Assembly (NCBI GenBank): GCA_051362555.1
Contig: CM120643.1
Location: 28,524,848 to 28,588,847 of the forward strand
Direction of reading: 5' to 3'
Origin: Lingula anatina
Taxonomy: Eukaryota > Animalia > Brachiopoda
Length of the DNA stretch: 64,000 bases
The position numbers and the translations under genes are program-made. Each line of letters starts with the position of its first letter. The stretch's first letter is position 1. The notes under the pieces are model-generated. The model did not search any database, was not told where the DNA came from, and saw only the letters and a program-made list of their open reading frames with translations. Below are positions 1 through 13,198 of the stretch, in pieces.

Positions 1-210
1 AGATGTCTCTATAAGTAAAGTACAGTCCGGTACGCACGTTTGAATCCCTCCCGTGATTGGTAACTTAAAGGTAAAACTGTTCACTGTATAGTTGGTTCTG
101 ATTGGTAAACGTGTACTATCTGAACATGTATATAAAGTGTGACTTGAAATAAATCGGCCTCTTTTTTGGGGTCTCTCTTGGTCCTCTTTTGCTTTTGCGA
201 AGGCGTAACA
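1..210 (+). mobile_element. Possible 3' part of an LTR (solo or 3' LTR of a Gypsy-like retrotransposon), cut by the window edge
   Basis: TATAAA at about 131, AATAAA at about 148, then a pyrimidine-rich tract ending ...GCGTAACA at 210, the usual U3-R-U5 order with a CA terminus. No PBS follows and no second LTR is visible. Confidence 0.3.
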
Positions 211-362
211 ATTCATTTTGCCAGCAATCGAACTACACTAGTACGCCTTTCAAAGTATATTCTAAATATTCTTACTGCCTTCTTACAGCATTATAGATAT
301 TCCTAGTTTTCCAACTACATTCGAACTGCATTTAAGAGCTAAAACAGCCGAAAGTGCACTCA

Positions 363-3300
363 TTATTGTACCACCAGCGTTAGCGCTGGCGGTACACATG
401 GTTTCGGTCCCGTCCGGATCGTTCCGCCGGCTCCGCCGGCTCCGCCGGACGGCTACCGTTACCGCTTCTCCTCCTAGACGGTAAGGGCCCCCGTACCCAT
501 CTCATGGATTTAGGTCACCTATAATCTCAACTCGTTCCACGTAAAATTTGGGCTTTGTCGGTATTGGGGTCTGGGTGTGGCACTCATTGCAATGCACCCT
601 TGTCTAAAAATGGCAAAATTAAATGCTAATTATCTACCCTACGGAAGGAGTTATGGGAAAAATTTCTATAGACGGCTTTCCAAAAGTCATATGTGTAGAT
701 TTCAAATATACCCTTGGATTTGACCTTTGACCTCTACTTCAAGGTCAAATGGGCCAAAATTTTCAAAAAAATGAAATTTTTTACGAAAAAAATTTTTTTT
801 TGCCCTGTTATTCAGACACCACACAGACTTAACCAATAATATTATTGGAAAGTGTTACCCTTCAGGTCATCTTTCATCTCCATGAATTTGGGGTCAATCG
901 GTGCATTTTCACGGGAGTAGCGGCCATAAGATACCGAAACTGAAAACTGTCTCTTATTCGGGAACCGTTAATGCTAGAGACTCATTCTTTTTTGCATTTT
1001 GTAGAGCATGTTAAGCCCAACACAGAAAGTGGTCTCGGTTTTTTTGTATTCCATACGGTTTTCGAGTTACGCTCTATCAAAAAGTACATATTGGTGGTAA
1101 AAGCAAAATGTGCAGTACGGTAATGGATAATAAATTTTGAACTCTGGAAAAATAAAACATAAGGCTTGGCAAAGCAGACAACTTGTGTTCAAAAATGACA
1201 TTATTTCATCAAATTTGAACTTCTGAAACTTCAGAGCACCTCCTATTTCAAGAATTTTGACCAAAATGACATTTTCTTTATTTTAATTAATTTTTTCTGT
1301 ACGAAATTTAAGGCACATTATGGTAACTCCAAAATTATAACATCTAGTCCCTTATATCTCCAAAACTGGCAGAGATAGGTCCATAGTTACTATTGAAGTT
1401 GAATAGGAAGTCATATACTGGCAATCTTACTATGACCTTGAAATTGACCTTTGACCTACTTTTCACCATGAACTGAACTTTGCAAATTTTTCTTCCCTTT
1501 TATCTCCAAAACTGGCAGAGATAGGTCCATAGTTACTATTGAACTTGAAAAGGAAGTCATATACTGGCAATCTAAATGTGACCTTAAAATTGACCTTTGA
1601 CCTACTTTACACCATGAACTGAATTTTGCAAATTTTGCTTTCCTTTTATCTCCAAAACTGGCAGAGATAGGTCCGTAGTTACTATTGAACTTGAATAGGA
1701 AGTCATATACTGGCAATCTATATGTGACATTAAAATTGACCTTTGACCTACTTTTCACCATGAACTGAATTTTGCAAATTTTGCTTTCCGTTTATCTCCA
1801 AAACTGGCAGAGATAGGTCCGTAGTTACTATTGAACTTGAATAGGAAGTCATATACTGGCAATCTAAATGTGACCTTAAAATTGACCTTTGACCTACTTT
1901 TCACCATAAACTGAACTTTGCAAATTTTGCTTTCCTTTTATCTCCAAAACTGGCAGAGATAGGTCCGTAGTTACTATTGAACTTGAATAGGAAGTCATAT
2001 ACTGGCAATCTATATGTGACATTAAAATTGACCTTTGACCTACTTTTCACCATGAACTGAATTTTGCAAATTTTGCTTTCCGTTTATCTCCAAAACTGGC
2101 AGAGATAGGTCCGTAGTTACTATTGAACTTGAATAGGAAGTCATATACTGGCAATCTAAATGTGACCTTAAAATTGACCTTTGACCTACTTTTCACCATA
2201 AACTGAACTTTGCAAAATTTGCTTCCCTTTTATCTCCAAAACTGGCAGAGATAGGTCCATAGTTACTATTGAACTTGAATAGGAAGTCATATACTGTCAA
2301 TCTCACTATGACCTTGAAATTGACCTTTGACCTACTTTTCACCATGAACTGAACTTTGCAAATTTTGCTTTCCTTTTATCTCCAAAACTGGCAGAGATAG
2401 GTCCGTCGTTACTATTGAACTTGAATAGGAAGTCATATACTGGCAATCTATATGTGACACTAAAATTGACCTTTGACCTACTTTTCACCATGAACTGAAT
2501 TTTGCAAATTTTGCTTTCCGTTTATCTCCAAAACTGGCAGAGATAGGTCCGTAGTTACTATTGAACTTGAATAGGAAGCCATATACTGGCAATCTAAATG
2601 TGACCTTAAAATTGACCTTTGACCTACTTTTCACCATAAACTGAACTTTGCAAATTTTGCTTTCCTTTTATCTCCAAAACTGGCAGAGATAGGTCCGTAG
2701 TTACTATTGAACTTGAATAGGAAGTCATATACTGGCAATCTATATGTGACATTAAAATTGACCTTTGACCTACTTTTCACCATGAACTGAATTTTGCAAA
2801 TTTTGCTTTCCGTTTATCTCCAAAACTGGCAGAGATAGGTCCGTAGTTACTATTGAACTTGAATAGGAAGTCATATACTGGCAATCTAAATGTGACCTTA
2901 AAATTGACCTTTGACCTACTTTTCACCATAAACTGAAATTTGCAAAATTTGCTTCCCTTTTATCTCCAAAACTGGCAGAGATAGGTCCATAGTTACTATT
3001 GAACTTGAATAGGAAGTCATATACTGGCAATCTAAATGTGACCTTAAAATTGACCTTTGACCTACTTTTCACCATGAACTGAACTTTGCAAATTTTTCTT
3101 CCCTTTTATCTCCAAAACTGGCAGAGATAGGTCCATAGTTACTATTGAAGTTGAATAGGAAGTCATATACTGGCAATCTAAATGTGACCTTAAAATTGAC
3201 CTTTGACCTACTTTACACCATGAACTGAATTTTGCCAATTTTGCTTTCCTTTTATCTCCAAAACTGGCTGAGATAGGTCCGTAGTTACTATTGAACTTGA

Positions 3301-3710
3301 ATAGGAAGTCATATACTGGCAATCTAAATGTGACCTTAAAATTGACCTTTGACCTACTTTTCACCATGAACTGAACTTTGCAAACTTTTCTTCCCTTTAA
3401 TCTCCAAAACTGGCAGAGATAGGTCCATAGTTACTATTGAACTTGAAAAGGAAGTCATATACTGGCAATCTAAATGTGACCTTAAAATTGACCTTTGACC
3501 TACTTTACACCATGAACTGAATTTTGCAAATTTTGCTTCCCTTTTATCTCCAAAACTGGATGAGATAGGTCCATAGTTACTATTGAACTTGAATAGGAAG
3601 TCATATACTGGCAATCTAAATGTGACCTTAAAATTGACCTTTGACCTAAGTGTGGCGGGGGTATTAACAAGAATACCCACTGAGTCAGGTCGATCCTGCT
3701 TGCACAATAA
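363..3710. mobile_element. Non-autonomous Helentron-type (HINE/DINE-1/pearl-like) element with a satellite core
   Basis: 5' TTATT plus hairpin TGTACCACCAGCG..CGCTGGCGGTACA (367-396), then a CCGG/CCGT-rich microsatellite-like tract (about 408-455), TGACCTTTGACC motifs, a central tandem array, and a 3' GGCGGGGGTATT motif with short hairpins (3653-3702). This order matches known HINE architecture. Confidence 0.65.
1350..3648. repeat. 146-bp tandem satellite, about 15.7 copies
   Basis: Anchor CAAAACTGG recurs at 1361, 1507, 1653 ... 3551 with exact 146-bp spacing. Units are near-identical. Confidence 0.97.
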
Positions 3711-4221
3711 GTTAATGAGAATGCAGTCTAAAGTTTGTTTATCAAGCTAATATAACAAATTTGTCATTATAGCAATTATAGTTGCTACAATAAAAGCAGT
3801 TTTAGTCCAGAGAGAGATTCATTTATACGAGAAAAATTTTATTTAATATTATGCTATCGTCGAAAATACTCTTATTCATGTAGAAGAACAACTTTAGGAT
3901 ATATATATATTTTTAATACAGTTAACTTTATCTTACTTTAATGAGAATACCTGTAACAGGATAATTAAGTTCCGTGCAAGGGCAGAGTGTTAAGATAAAG
4001 TTCGATCATGTAAAATTAATAGGATTCACCTCTTAACAGCAGTTGTAATTAAATTAAGTGAAAAACCACAGTCATTCAGAACAACCGTCTCACCTGGTGT
4101 TCAGTAATAATAGAAGTAGAAATGTAAGTAAGTTTACTAAGATATAGCAACCAAAAGGTTAAAGTTATACATAAAATGGAGTGAGAATAAAATTTACACA
4201 TTTACAAAGTAAGATATTGAT

Positions 4222-4975
4222 ACAGTAGTAATAAAAATTAAGTTTCCGTTGTACGACGTTTTAAAAACGTCAGAAACGTTTTAATCCCTATCCTATGAAT
4301 AGAAGGGGGCGGACAAACAATGGAGAGCCGTCTAATCCCTTCAAAATTCGAACGCCAAAACACAATAGTTTAGACGTAATAACACACAATACCTTAGGCG
4401 AGTGAACCCCATGACGCCTGTTTCTGTGGTCCAGCGCGAGCGGGACAATCCGCTGTGACCAGGTGTAATTAACAGCAGGATACATCAGCCAGAAGGTGCC
4501 TATTGTTTGTTGCGGCGATAAGATTATAGCTTTAAGATGCTAGAACCCATGCTAACGCGTGCCACTCCCGTGGCCACCTATCCTTTTGTTCACTAGCTTG
4601 GCACGCGCAGCAGATCATGTATTAATTAAGTGTTGCAAGAAAACTGCTAGTTTAATTTAGTATCAGTTATTTTATTCAATATGAAGTGTTCTGTGGTCAA
4701 AAATTGAATTTGATATACATGTATCAGCAACGTACATCAGCATGATCAACAAATCACCCCGTCTCAAAAAGTTTAAAGATGCTCCGTACACAAATTTCCA
4801 TCATCGCTACCTGTGTAAAAATAGATAACTGTTTAGAAATAACAAAGAAAGAAACATTATTAAAACAATTTTTTCACATTACAAGCTGACGTGTTGCCTC
4901 AATTACTACATTAAGTTACATTTTATATAAAATAATAGAGCGAATCCGTAAAAGGATAATAATAGAAAGTCTTAA

Positions 4976-5018
<43 letters not shown>

Positions 5019-8000
5019 ACAGGCCCGCAGCCAGGGGGAGTTCGGGAGGTTCGAAAGACCCCCCTTTTGCTGAAAAAAAGTCCACTCTGGGTAAAATTTG
5101 ACATAATTACATGGGGATTTTCCGGTAAAAGGTCCACTTTGTCAGAAAAGGATCCCCCCCCCTTTGAAATTGCTGGCTACGGGCTTGATAAATAAATAAA
5201 TTATTTAAAGAATAAAGTAAATAATAAGATGACATTAAGAATCAAATAAAAAAGATAGATAGAAATTAGATGGTATAAATCATTAAATAAAAGATAAATT
5301 ATTTTAAATAATTTCATAAATAAATTTTGATTTAATAATCGCTGTGAAGTCTACCCATTATCAGGGCCACAGATAGATTTTCACTAGTTGCCAGTATAGA
5401 CAGATATGTATCTGTTTATTTGATGGGACTTTTTTGCACGCGCGTTAGGGGAACGAGCATATAAACTAATTTCTTTTAAGATTAAAGTGAGTGTCCTATC
5501 ATTTGAAAGCCAACAAAATATTTCATTCCACATTAGAGAAATTAGCCTCATAATTACATTTGTAAATTTATAACCGGGTGTATGTAACTCTTCGCTGTTC
5601 AGTAACAGTTATAAAGGAAAGTTACATTTTGCTTGTATAAAACACACTTTTTATTCTGATAAAAATCGACTGCGCACGAAGCATAATGATATTAGGCTTT
5701 CGATGATGATTGTGCATGAAACATCAAGTCATTTTTCCTTTTCATAATAGTGCTGGGCACCCAGGTGTTGAATCTTTTACTCGACGTGCATCTCCTAATA
5801 TTGTATAGGCATGATTTCAGGTTGTTCTGGAGCGATGACGATTGCGTTCAAAATGGGTTGTTTGCAGCATAAGTGATGTGAATAAACCTAGCTTACTAAT
5901 TAACTATTACCAAAGTAAAGCAGGGCTTTAAGTTTATCAGCCCAAGGAGTTATAACTCCTTGATCAGCCTAAGATTTATTCAATATGGGCAGTTAACTTG
6001 GACCAGTCTTGTTTCATTAACTTTGCGAATGAAAGTCTCCGTCGTTAACGTAAATTTCCTATATGATTTTACATCACTTATCTGATTTAACAATCTTATT
6101 GCTTAGGTTTTGTTTAAGGTTGCATGAGAACAGATAATGATCGCGTTTAACAATAGATTGAGGGCTATAGTAAGTCCTGCCTCTTTGGGCGATGTCTATG
6201 ACTGTTAATTCAACGTACATAAACATGTAGTGTGACCACAGTGTCAGCCATCCCCCTTGTTGCACGTTGCAAGCGATTTGTCTCATAACTATGACAAGGC
6301 GTTCTTTTTTCTCGTTGTTGTTTTAAAACGGACCACTTTGTTAAGGCTAATTGCTTAGCTCATTGCGCGTCATATGTACTTAGCTCTTTGCGCGTCATAT
6401 GTAAACGCTAAGATATGAATGTTATACCGGGTAGTTGATTGTTTTGCCCGGGCGCCGCACTTATGCTTTCTTACTAGAGCGATCTAGAACAAGTCGCTAG
6501 TTTGCCCTGTTTGTAACTGTAGCAAAATATGTTCGACATGCCGTTTCTGCACGACAGCCGGAGACACAGTAATTGTATAAGGCATGGTTTAAGCTTGTTC
6601 GAGAGATAATAACAGTCGCGTTTAACAAAAGATAGTAAGACCCCCTCCTCTTTAATTGATGTCTTACACTGTTAATATTGACCGCACTTTCATATATTAT
6701 GTAATACACTGACAGACTTTCCCCTGTTGCACGTTGGCGTTGGATTGTACTTGTGCCTCTGTCAATACACCTCATTTAGTTTAAATATTTTTACCGCATA
6801 AACCTTTGTGGTTTAGAGTTATAAGTTTAGTAGTAGGAATAGGATGGTTGGACAAAAAGCTTCTAGTCAACTGGCTTAGACCTAGGGTGTGATGCTGCTA
6901 TCATCCGAGGAAACACCTACACTGAATCCTCTTCCTGAAATCCCCCTAGCTGAAACAAAAAATGCCCCTTGAACCGGTCCATTTTTACAGGGTCGAATCA
7001 TTTTTGATATCATTGAGCGTCTTTAAACGAAAGCTTTTAAGTGACAAAAACAGAACCGTGTGGTGATTGTTTATTAAAGCGTAGGTTTATTCATCATGAT
7101 CTATTTTGTAAACAACACATGCCTAAATTTTACTTGGATTGATCATCGTCACTGTTTGGCTACTCGCCTATAATGCGTGCTGAACGACAGACAACTTATA
7201 AATATTATCTGTGTTACTGTGTATTTGACCAAGTTAAAATAGAACGGTGTCGGTGATTTAATCCATCGAACATATTAATATTTCTTCTTTTAAAACCAGT
7301 GTTAGGTTAACATCAAGTCAATTTAAGTAAAGCTAAGTAAAGCATGTTTCTAGTTCATCCACGCTATATAAATACATGAAGGATAACAAGTCTCTGTAGC
7401 CAATTAACTTTCACAATGCCCTGTGCTTTAGAGTCCCATGTTATACAAGCAAATGAGTATGGCCTGAGAGAAATATAAATATGAGGCCGTGTATGAAGAT
7501 GTTCCAAATAATAAGAATCAAGAATTTAAACATGTTAGGTACATGCACATCATTTAATAAGTCATTTCACAAAAATGGCATCTAATTTTTCAGATAAACC
7601 TCCACTTTTATCGATCTCAACGCCTTGTCTGATGTTTACATTAATCATTATTAATTGCGAACAATATCAACAGCGACTCGAGATCGTTGCCTGTCTTTCA
7701 CACTTTTACACAAACCCATGAAGGGTTAATAAAAGGATTCGCGTTGCGACATCTATCTCTTTCTTTCGAACAAGCAAATTAAGGGCTGACCCGAAGTAAG
7801 CTGGCATAACTAATTTCTCTTTGACTGTACCAGGGTATATTGTAATTACTCCACTTGGTCGCCTCCATTGTCTTGTAACAGTGACAAAGAATGTGTTTTC
7901 ACACGCTAGTTTACATAACTCCTTTGCCTTGTGTCTTTATCAAGGTTATAATCAGTTTGAATAGGTTGTCTTGCCTCACTTAAAAAGGGAGTTGTTCTTC

Positions 8001-8660
8001 ACACTGGTTTTTGCCTAACTTATGCTAACCTATTTTGTACAAATATGGTTTTAATAAATCGCCAAAATCATGACACTAGTGAACATTGTATGTCAAACGT
8101 TTTGATACGATTAAATAAATGTGCAAGAAGGATTACGGAATGAGTTACTATTTACCTCCCCCCACGCCCCCCCTCCCCCCCCCCAAAAAAATGCTATTTT
8201 GATTTCGAAATGAATTTGTTTTTAACGTAAAGAAGTCCAATACCCCTTTCACGACTCAGTCATTGTACAGCATGTTGTAATCGATATTTAAAAAAGTTCA
8301 TAACTTGGACCGGAGTTTGATATACAGTGTACTGTAGCTACAATGGCATTCCTCAAGTTGGGTCTGCTGGGGGAGGGGGCATTTAAATGATAAACGAAGA
8401 AGTCCACCTGTAAACAGCAGCGGTTTAAATGATCGCTATCTCGGTTATTTTTCCTTTGACAGCATCATAGAAAATGTTAAGGGAGAAAGTCACACATACC
8501 CACGGCGTTGTTTTGTCTTCAGCATTTCCTCCTTCCTGCTTACTGCAATTATTATCGTCAATTAATTAAACCGAGAAAGCAATTAAATGATGGCACATTG
8601 AATATAATCACTATGTGCATTTCGCTGAGTGTAAACACGATCTAGCGAAACATTTTATTT
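4222..8660. repeat. Large non-coding block present again, inverted, at about 21765-27081
   Basis: 4240-4760 is the reverse complement of 24180-24534 plus 26909-27080. 7140-8660 is the reverse complement of 21765-23810. 6568-6780 matches 23812-24030 in direct orientation. Confidence 0.85.
5020..5187. mobile_element. MITE (hAT-like CAG termini) inserted in a (TAAA)n microsatellite
   Basis: TIRs CAGGCCCGCAGCCAG / CTGGCTACGGGCTTG. ATAAATAAA lies on both sides, so TSD length is ambiguous. Confidence 0.7.
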
Positions 8661-9559
8661 CAGAATAAATTTATATGTGATTTCACCTCTGTCGTTTGTG
8701 TTATTTCAAACAAAACGATTTCCTGAAAGACCAACTTTAAAATGTATGTCTATTCAGCAAAATAATGTAATTTAATACAACTATGAGTAATGTATTTAAA
8801 CTACGGCCGTATATGCGATGGCCATGTGGGATTATAATTGCATACCTTGATGCAAAACAGTCTATCGTTTCTCCTACCGCGAGTCCCTTTAATTAATGTA
8901 TTATATTACTCTTTACCCTTTTTATTTGACGCTGTCTCTGTTTCTCTCCCCTTTTCCTTTCTCTTGTAAGAAGGAGGGCAAATAATTAAGCATTCAAAAT
9001 ATGCATCACCAATCTTCAGAAAAGAATGAGTGAATGAACCAGTGGGCTGGCCCACAACGTCCGACACAGCAGAATAAATTAAATAACAGCTTTCACAGAT
9101 TTAACTGCAGTTAGCTGTATAGCGTCACTATATACATAATCCGCTGCACGCGCGAAGCTGTTGAACAAAAGGATAGTTCTCTATGGAAGACCTTTTGTTT
9201 ACATAAGTACTCTAAGGGGGCGTGCCTAACCAGGCGACAAGAGGATTAGGCTAGTCACTATATTCCGTCAAATTCGTTTAGCGACCCTATCATTATCACA
9301 CTCCCTCTTTTGTATTTTCTGACGTTATAATTGTATCTAATCTTCTTACGTTAGATGGAATAAATGCACACATACATAATCTTATGACTGTATATAATAT
9401 AGGATATGCGAATAGGACTTAGTGAGATAAAAAAAAAAGATAAAATAAAATAAATGAATAAAATAAACTTTTGCACATGCATCTGAAAGTTAGTGTAAAA
9501 GAGGATGGAGTAATGAAAATGAAATACAATAAAGGCCAAAATGAGTTTCAAAAGTAAAA

Positions 9560-10470
9560 CTCAGACCACTAATGGTTTAATAAAGAGAAAGCAATAAAAG
9601 TGTTTTTAAAACGTTCAGTTCTAATTGAGTTCTAATTTCATAGTCTCCTGTGTGGATTGCAGGTTAAAAGGCAGTTCAGCTTGTCTGTGTCATTTTTTAT
9701 TTTTGCAAAGAATGATTTGAAGAGATCAAATCTGCGCTCTTTTAATGTATTGAGTTTTGCTTTGGCTAGAGCATCAACATCAGATAATTCAGGGAAAATG
9801 ATCCCAAGTACCCTTGACTGGATGGATTCTATTATTTTACATTGTTCTCCAGTTAATCCAGCAGGGTGCCACACAGAACAATCATGTTCAACCACGGTCC
9901 GAATTAAACTCTGATATACCTGAACAACATCAGATGAGGACAGTTTAGCACGTTTAAGCTGGCGCAGGAAAAAAACAATCGTGAGCATTATTTTTTATAG
10001 ATAAAATCAACATGTTCAGACCATTTAAGATTGTTAGTGATAAAAATTCCCAACAGTATGAAATGGGATACTTCACTGACACGAGTTCCTCTAATATTAC
10101 CTGATTGACATTTTGTCTCTGATTGTGTAAAGTTTACTGTCATAGCTTTTGTTTTGGTGCCATTTGGTCTCATTTTGTTTCTTTCTGTCCAGCCAATGAT
10201 TTCATTTGCGGCCTGTTGTAATCTACTAGAAGCATTAAAGTCGCATGCCTCAAACACGGTTGTATCATCCACGAACTTGTAGTCTGGGCAGCTAGCCATA
10301 AGGTCGTTTATCATGATATTGAAAAAAAAACCACAAGGGACGCCACCGTGAATGTGCTGCCAGTTAGAGAGTACGTTTTTGTATTTAACTCTTTGAGAGC
10401 GACGGCAAAGGAAAGATCTTACCCAGCTGACAAGGGTATCAGGTACACCTTGGTTGTGAAGTTTACGTAA
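9560..10470 (-). mobile_element. Decayed LINE (CR1/L2-group) reverse-transcriptase C-terminal fragment
   Basis: ORFs 9988-10527 and 9638-9988 read WVRSFLCRRSQRV, GGVPCG, KFVDDTT, LGIFITNNLKWSEHV and YQSLIRTVVEH..VW. The frame is broken and the 5' end is missing. Confidence 0.85.
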
Positions 10471-11302
10471 AATGTAAATTTTACCACCCCAAGCTTTTTG
10501 TATGATATTTGGTGATAGTTTCAACATGTTTATGTTTTGTTTATTTTATGGAAAATATATTGGAAATATTCGAAAAGTTGAAGGGTAAAATATTGGGTGG
10601 AAAATAAAAAAAAAAAAACACAAAAAAGCTTCATTTTCATACCCATGGGGTTTGAACTCCAGTGAAGAAAAGGTCCCATTTTATATGGAGTCAACAGACC
10701 ATTATTTTCCACATGTAGTTTGCATTGATATATATTTTGTTAGTATTTGAACGTTTGGTGGTGAATTTTTTGACGAAAGTTGATAATTTAAAAATGGTTC
10801 TACTTCTTATCATTGAAGACCGTGTTAGATTTATGAAGTTTTGTGGGGAGGGGTGGGGGACTAAAAATTCGTTGTGAAATTCATTAATACAATTTTTTTT
10901 GAAATTTTGACTGGGATGTACCTAAATATGTAGATCAAGGTAAAGAAAATTACAGATTATGATTCATAATTTGTAAATGTGTAGTAGAAGAGGCGTAGAA
11001 GTCTCCGTTGGTAAAATCCATTGTTACATGTTGTTAGTATATTGTGAATTCTCATCCAGATTATGTCTGAAACATGTTAATGACTTTATACTTGATTATA
11101 TCATATAGCTCTGTTCAGTCAGTACACCTGATATTTCTAGAACTGTATTCAATCAAATGACATCTAGTCATTTAATTAAACCCATAGGAACACAACTGCT
11201 ATTCTTAAACAAAGATAACTTATCTGAAACCTGCTATATCTAGAGCATTCGATATTCATGTTTTAGGTTGGAAGATTAAATGCAATATAACTGCTTTTGT
11301 AG

Positions 11303-11480
11303 CGACGGTGGCGCAACTGCAGTTGGTAGTGCTACGTTTGGCCAGGGTTGGGGATCAATTCATATGGGCGAAGTGGCTTGTACTGGTGGTGAAGGATCCC
11401 TGAAAGACTGTCCCCATAAAGGATGGGGATCACACGACTGTGCACACTCAGCAGATGCTGGTGTCAGGTGTTTGCCATAA
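11303..11480 (+). CDS. Terminal exon (C-terminal half of an SRCR domain) of an upstream paralogous SRCR gene (gene 1)
   Basis: Acceptor TTTTGTAG, then [58 protein letters not shown]. Same 178-nt length and phase as 40854-41031. AATAAA at 11710 is conserved with 41278. Upstream exons are not in the window (3895-4125 matches the last intron of gene 2 at 39515-39722). Confidence 0.85.
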
Positions 11481-11849
11481 GAACATATCCCCAAAGCATA
11501 ATAAGGGTCCATCTGGACAAAGTAGCAACATTATGTATTTGCTCTTGCAGATGACTTGAAGATTTCAAAGTATCATAGTAAAAAAAAAAACGATAAATGC
11601 CTGCATGTTAAACGTGATAAATCCAAAATTAGATGTACCATGTATCTTATGCGTCTTACCACTACTTTATTCGAACTAAACACCTGTCTATATGCATCTC
11701 TTTACTTTTAATAAATTCAAAATGGTTGCCAAAAGATAGAAAAAAACGTCAGTTGGCTAATGTATTCAATTATTTAGCTTTTTAGACATACTGTAGAGCT
11801 CATTACACAAATATGTCGTCTGCCCTACACATAGGTACCGTTTTGTGTG

Positions 11850-11922
<73 letters not shown>

Positions 11923-11951
11923 AAAGAAAAAGAAGAACAGCAACTTTCTTG

Positions 11952-11982
11952 CCCCGACCGGTTTCTTTCTTTCTTCAGGGGG
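11952..11982 (-). ncRNA. Second (inverted) copy of the hammerhead motif
   Basis: Exact reverse complement of 13027-13057 in the left arm. Confidence 0.72.
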
Positions 11983-13026
11983 TTTTGTTTATTTGTTACT
12001 AGGTGATGTCATAAAGGCTTAAATGTGACGTCTTTAACAATGAGTGTTTAATTGTTACTTTTACCAATGCTTTTATCTATTCAATGTAGGTTTATACTTA
12101 TTAATGAATAGATTTTCTTTTATTTCCCTTTCTGTTTGGGTTGTTTCCCTGGTGAATTTATAAAATGGGAATACCGTAAAATCCTTGTTTTTGTTCATAG
12201 AGCATTCCCTAATGTGCCCACTCACAGACGTGCACTGATATTTAGGTTGTCTTATTTGTTGTCTGTGAACGGTCATTCTATGTCGGAGAGTGTCTCCAGT
12301 TTGTCCTATATAGTTCTCACATACATATCAACATATAATCCAAAAAATCCGGAAATACATAACGTCATAACTGGAAACTTACCTTTGGTAAAACAAGATG
12401 ACAAAATGAATGAGATACTAACCGAAATGCAGATTATAAAGAGTAAGAGACAAAGTCCATCACTAAAGCAAATTTTAACAAAAGCAAAATTTGAAAACAA
12501 TTCCAGGACATATGTGGAAACCTCAACAATACGAGTACAGAAATGTGAGGTACCCAGGTGTGGCACCTGTCCACTAATTAAAGAGGGGAGCCATATAACA
12601 TTTAAAAATGGACTTACATTCAGAATCAAACACCCATTCACCTGCACCAGCTCAAATTTAATCTATGTATTAACTTGCAGTGGATGCGGTGAGAACTATA
12701 TAGGACAAACTGGAGACACTCTCCGACATAGAATGACCGTTCACAGACAACAAATAAGACAACCTAAATATCAGTGCACGTCTGTGAGTGGGCACATTAG
12801 GGAATGCTCTATGAACAAAAACAAGGATTTTACGGTATTCCCATTTTATAAATTCACCAGGGAAACAACCCAAACAGAAAGGGAAATAAAAGAAAATCTA
12901 TTCATTAATAAGTATAAACCTACATTGAATAGATAAAAGCATTGGTAAAAGTAACAATTAAACACTCATTGTTAAAGACGTCACATTTAAGCCTTTATGA
13001 CATCACCTAGTAACAAATAAACAAAA

Positions 13027-13057
13027 CCCCCTGAAGAAAGAAAGAAACCGGTCGGGG
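13027..13057 (+). ncRNA. Minimal type-I hammerhead ribozyme motif in the Penelope pseudo-LTR
   Basis: cccc-CTGAAGA-aagaaa-GAAA-ccg-GTC-gggg: CUGANGA core, GAAA, GUC cleavage triplet, helix I cccc/gggg, palindromic ACCGGT helix III. Confidence 0.75.
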
Positions 13058-13126
13058 CAAGAAAGTTGCTGTTCTTCTTTTTCTTTTATTATATATAATA
13101 TTACTCGTACAGGAAAAACGTTTTCA

Positions 13127-13198
<72 letters not shown>

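Larger units (their letters stand above)
11919..13132 (+). mobile_element. 5'-truncated Penelope-like retroelement (GIY-YIG endonuclease region) with an inverted copy of its 3' end, inserted in (TA)n
   Basis: 12321-12936 encodes TYNPKNP, CEVPRCGTC and NLIYVLTCSGCGENYIGQTGDTLRHRMTVHR...KPTLN. 11919-12320 is the reverse complement of 12689-13090. An empty paralogous site is at about 41405-41430. Confidence 0.93.

Noticed and set aside
1350-3648. CRISPR-like array
   Set aside because: Whole units repeat with no unique spacers, there are no cas genes, and the context is eukaryotic.
1456-3707. Three near-identical 101-117 aa ORFs on the minus strand
   Set aside because: They are translations of the 146-bp satellite (offsets are multiples of 146), not genes.
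12136-12320. N-terminal part of the 266-aa ORF
   Set aside because: It is the antisense reading of the inverted arm fused by chance to the Penelope frame, so it is not a real N-terminus.
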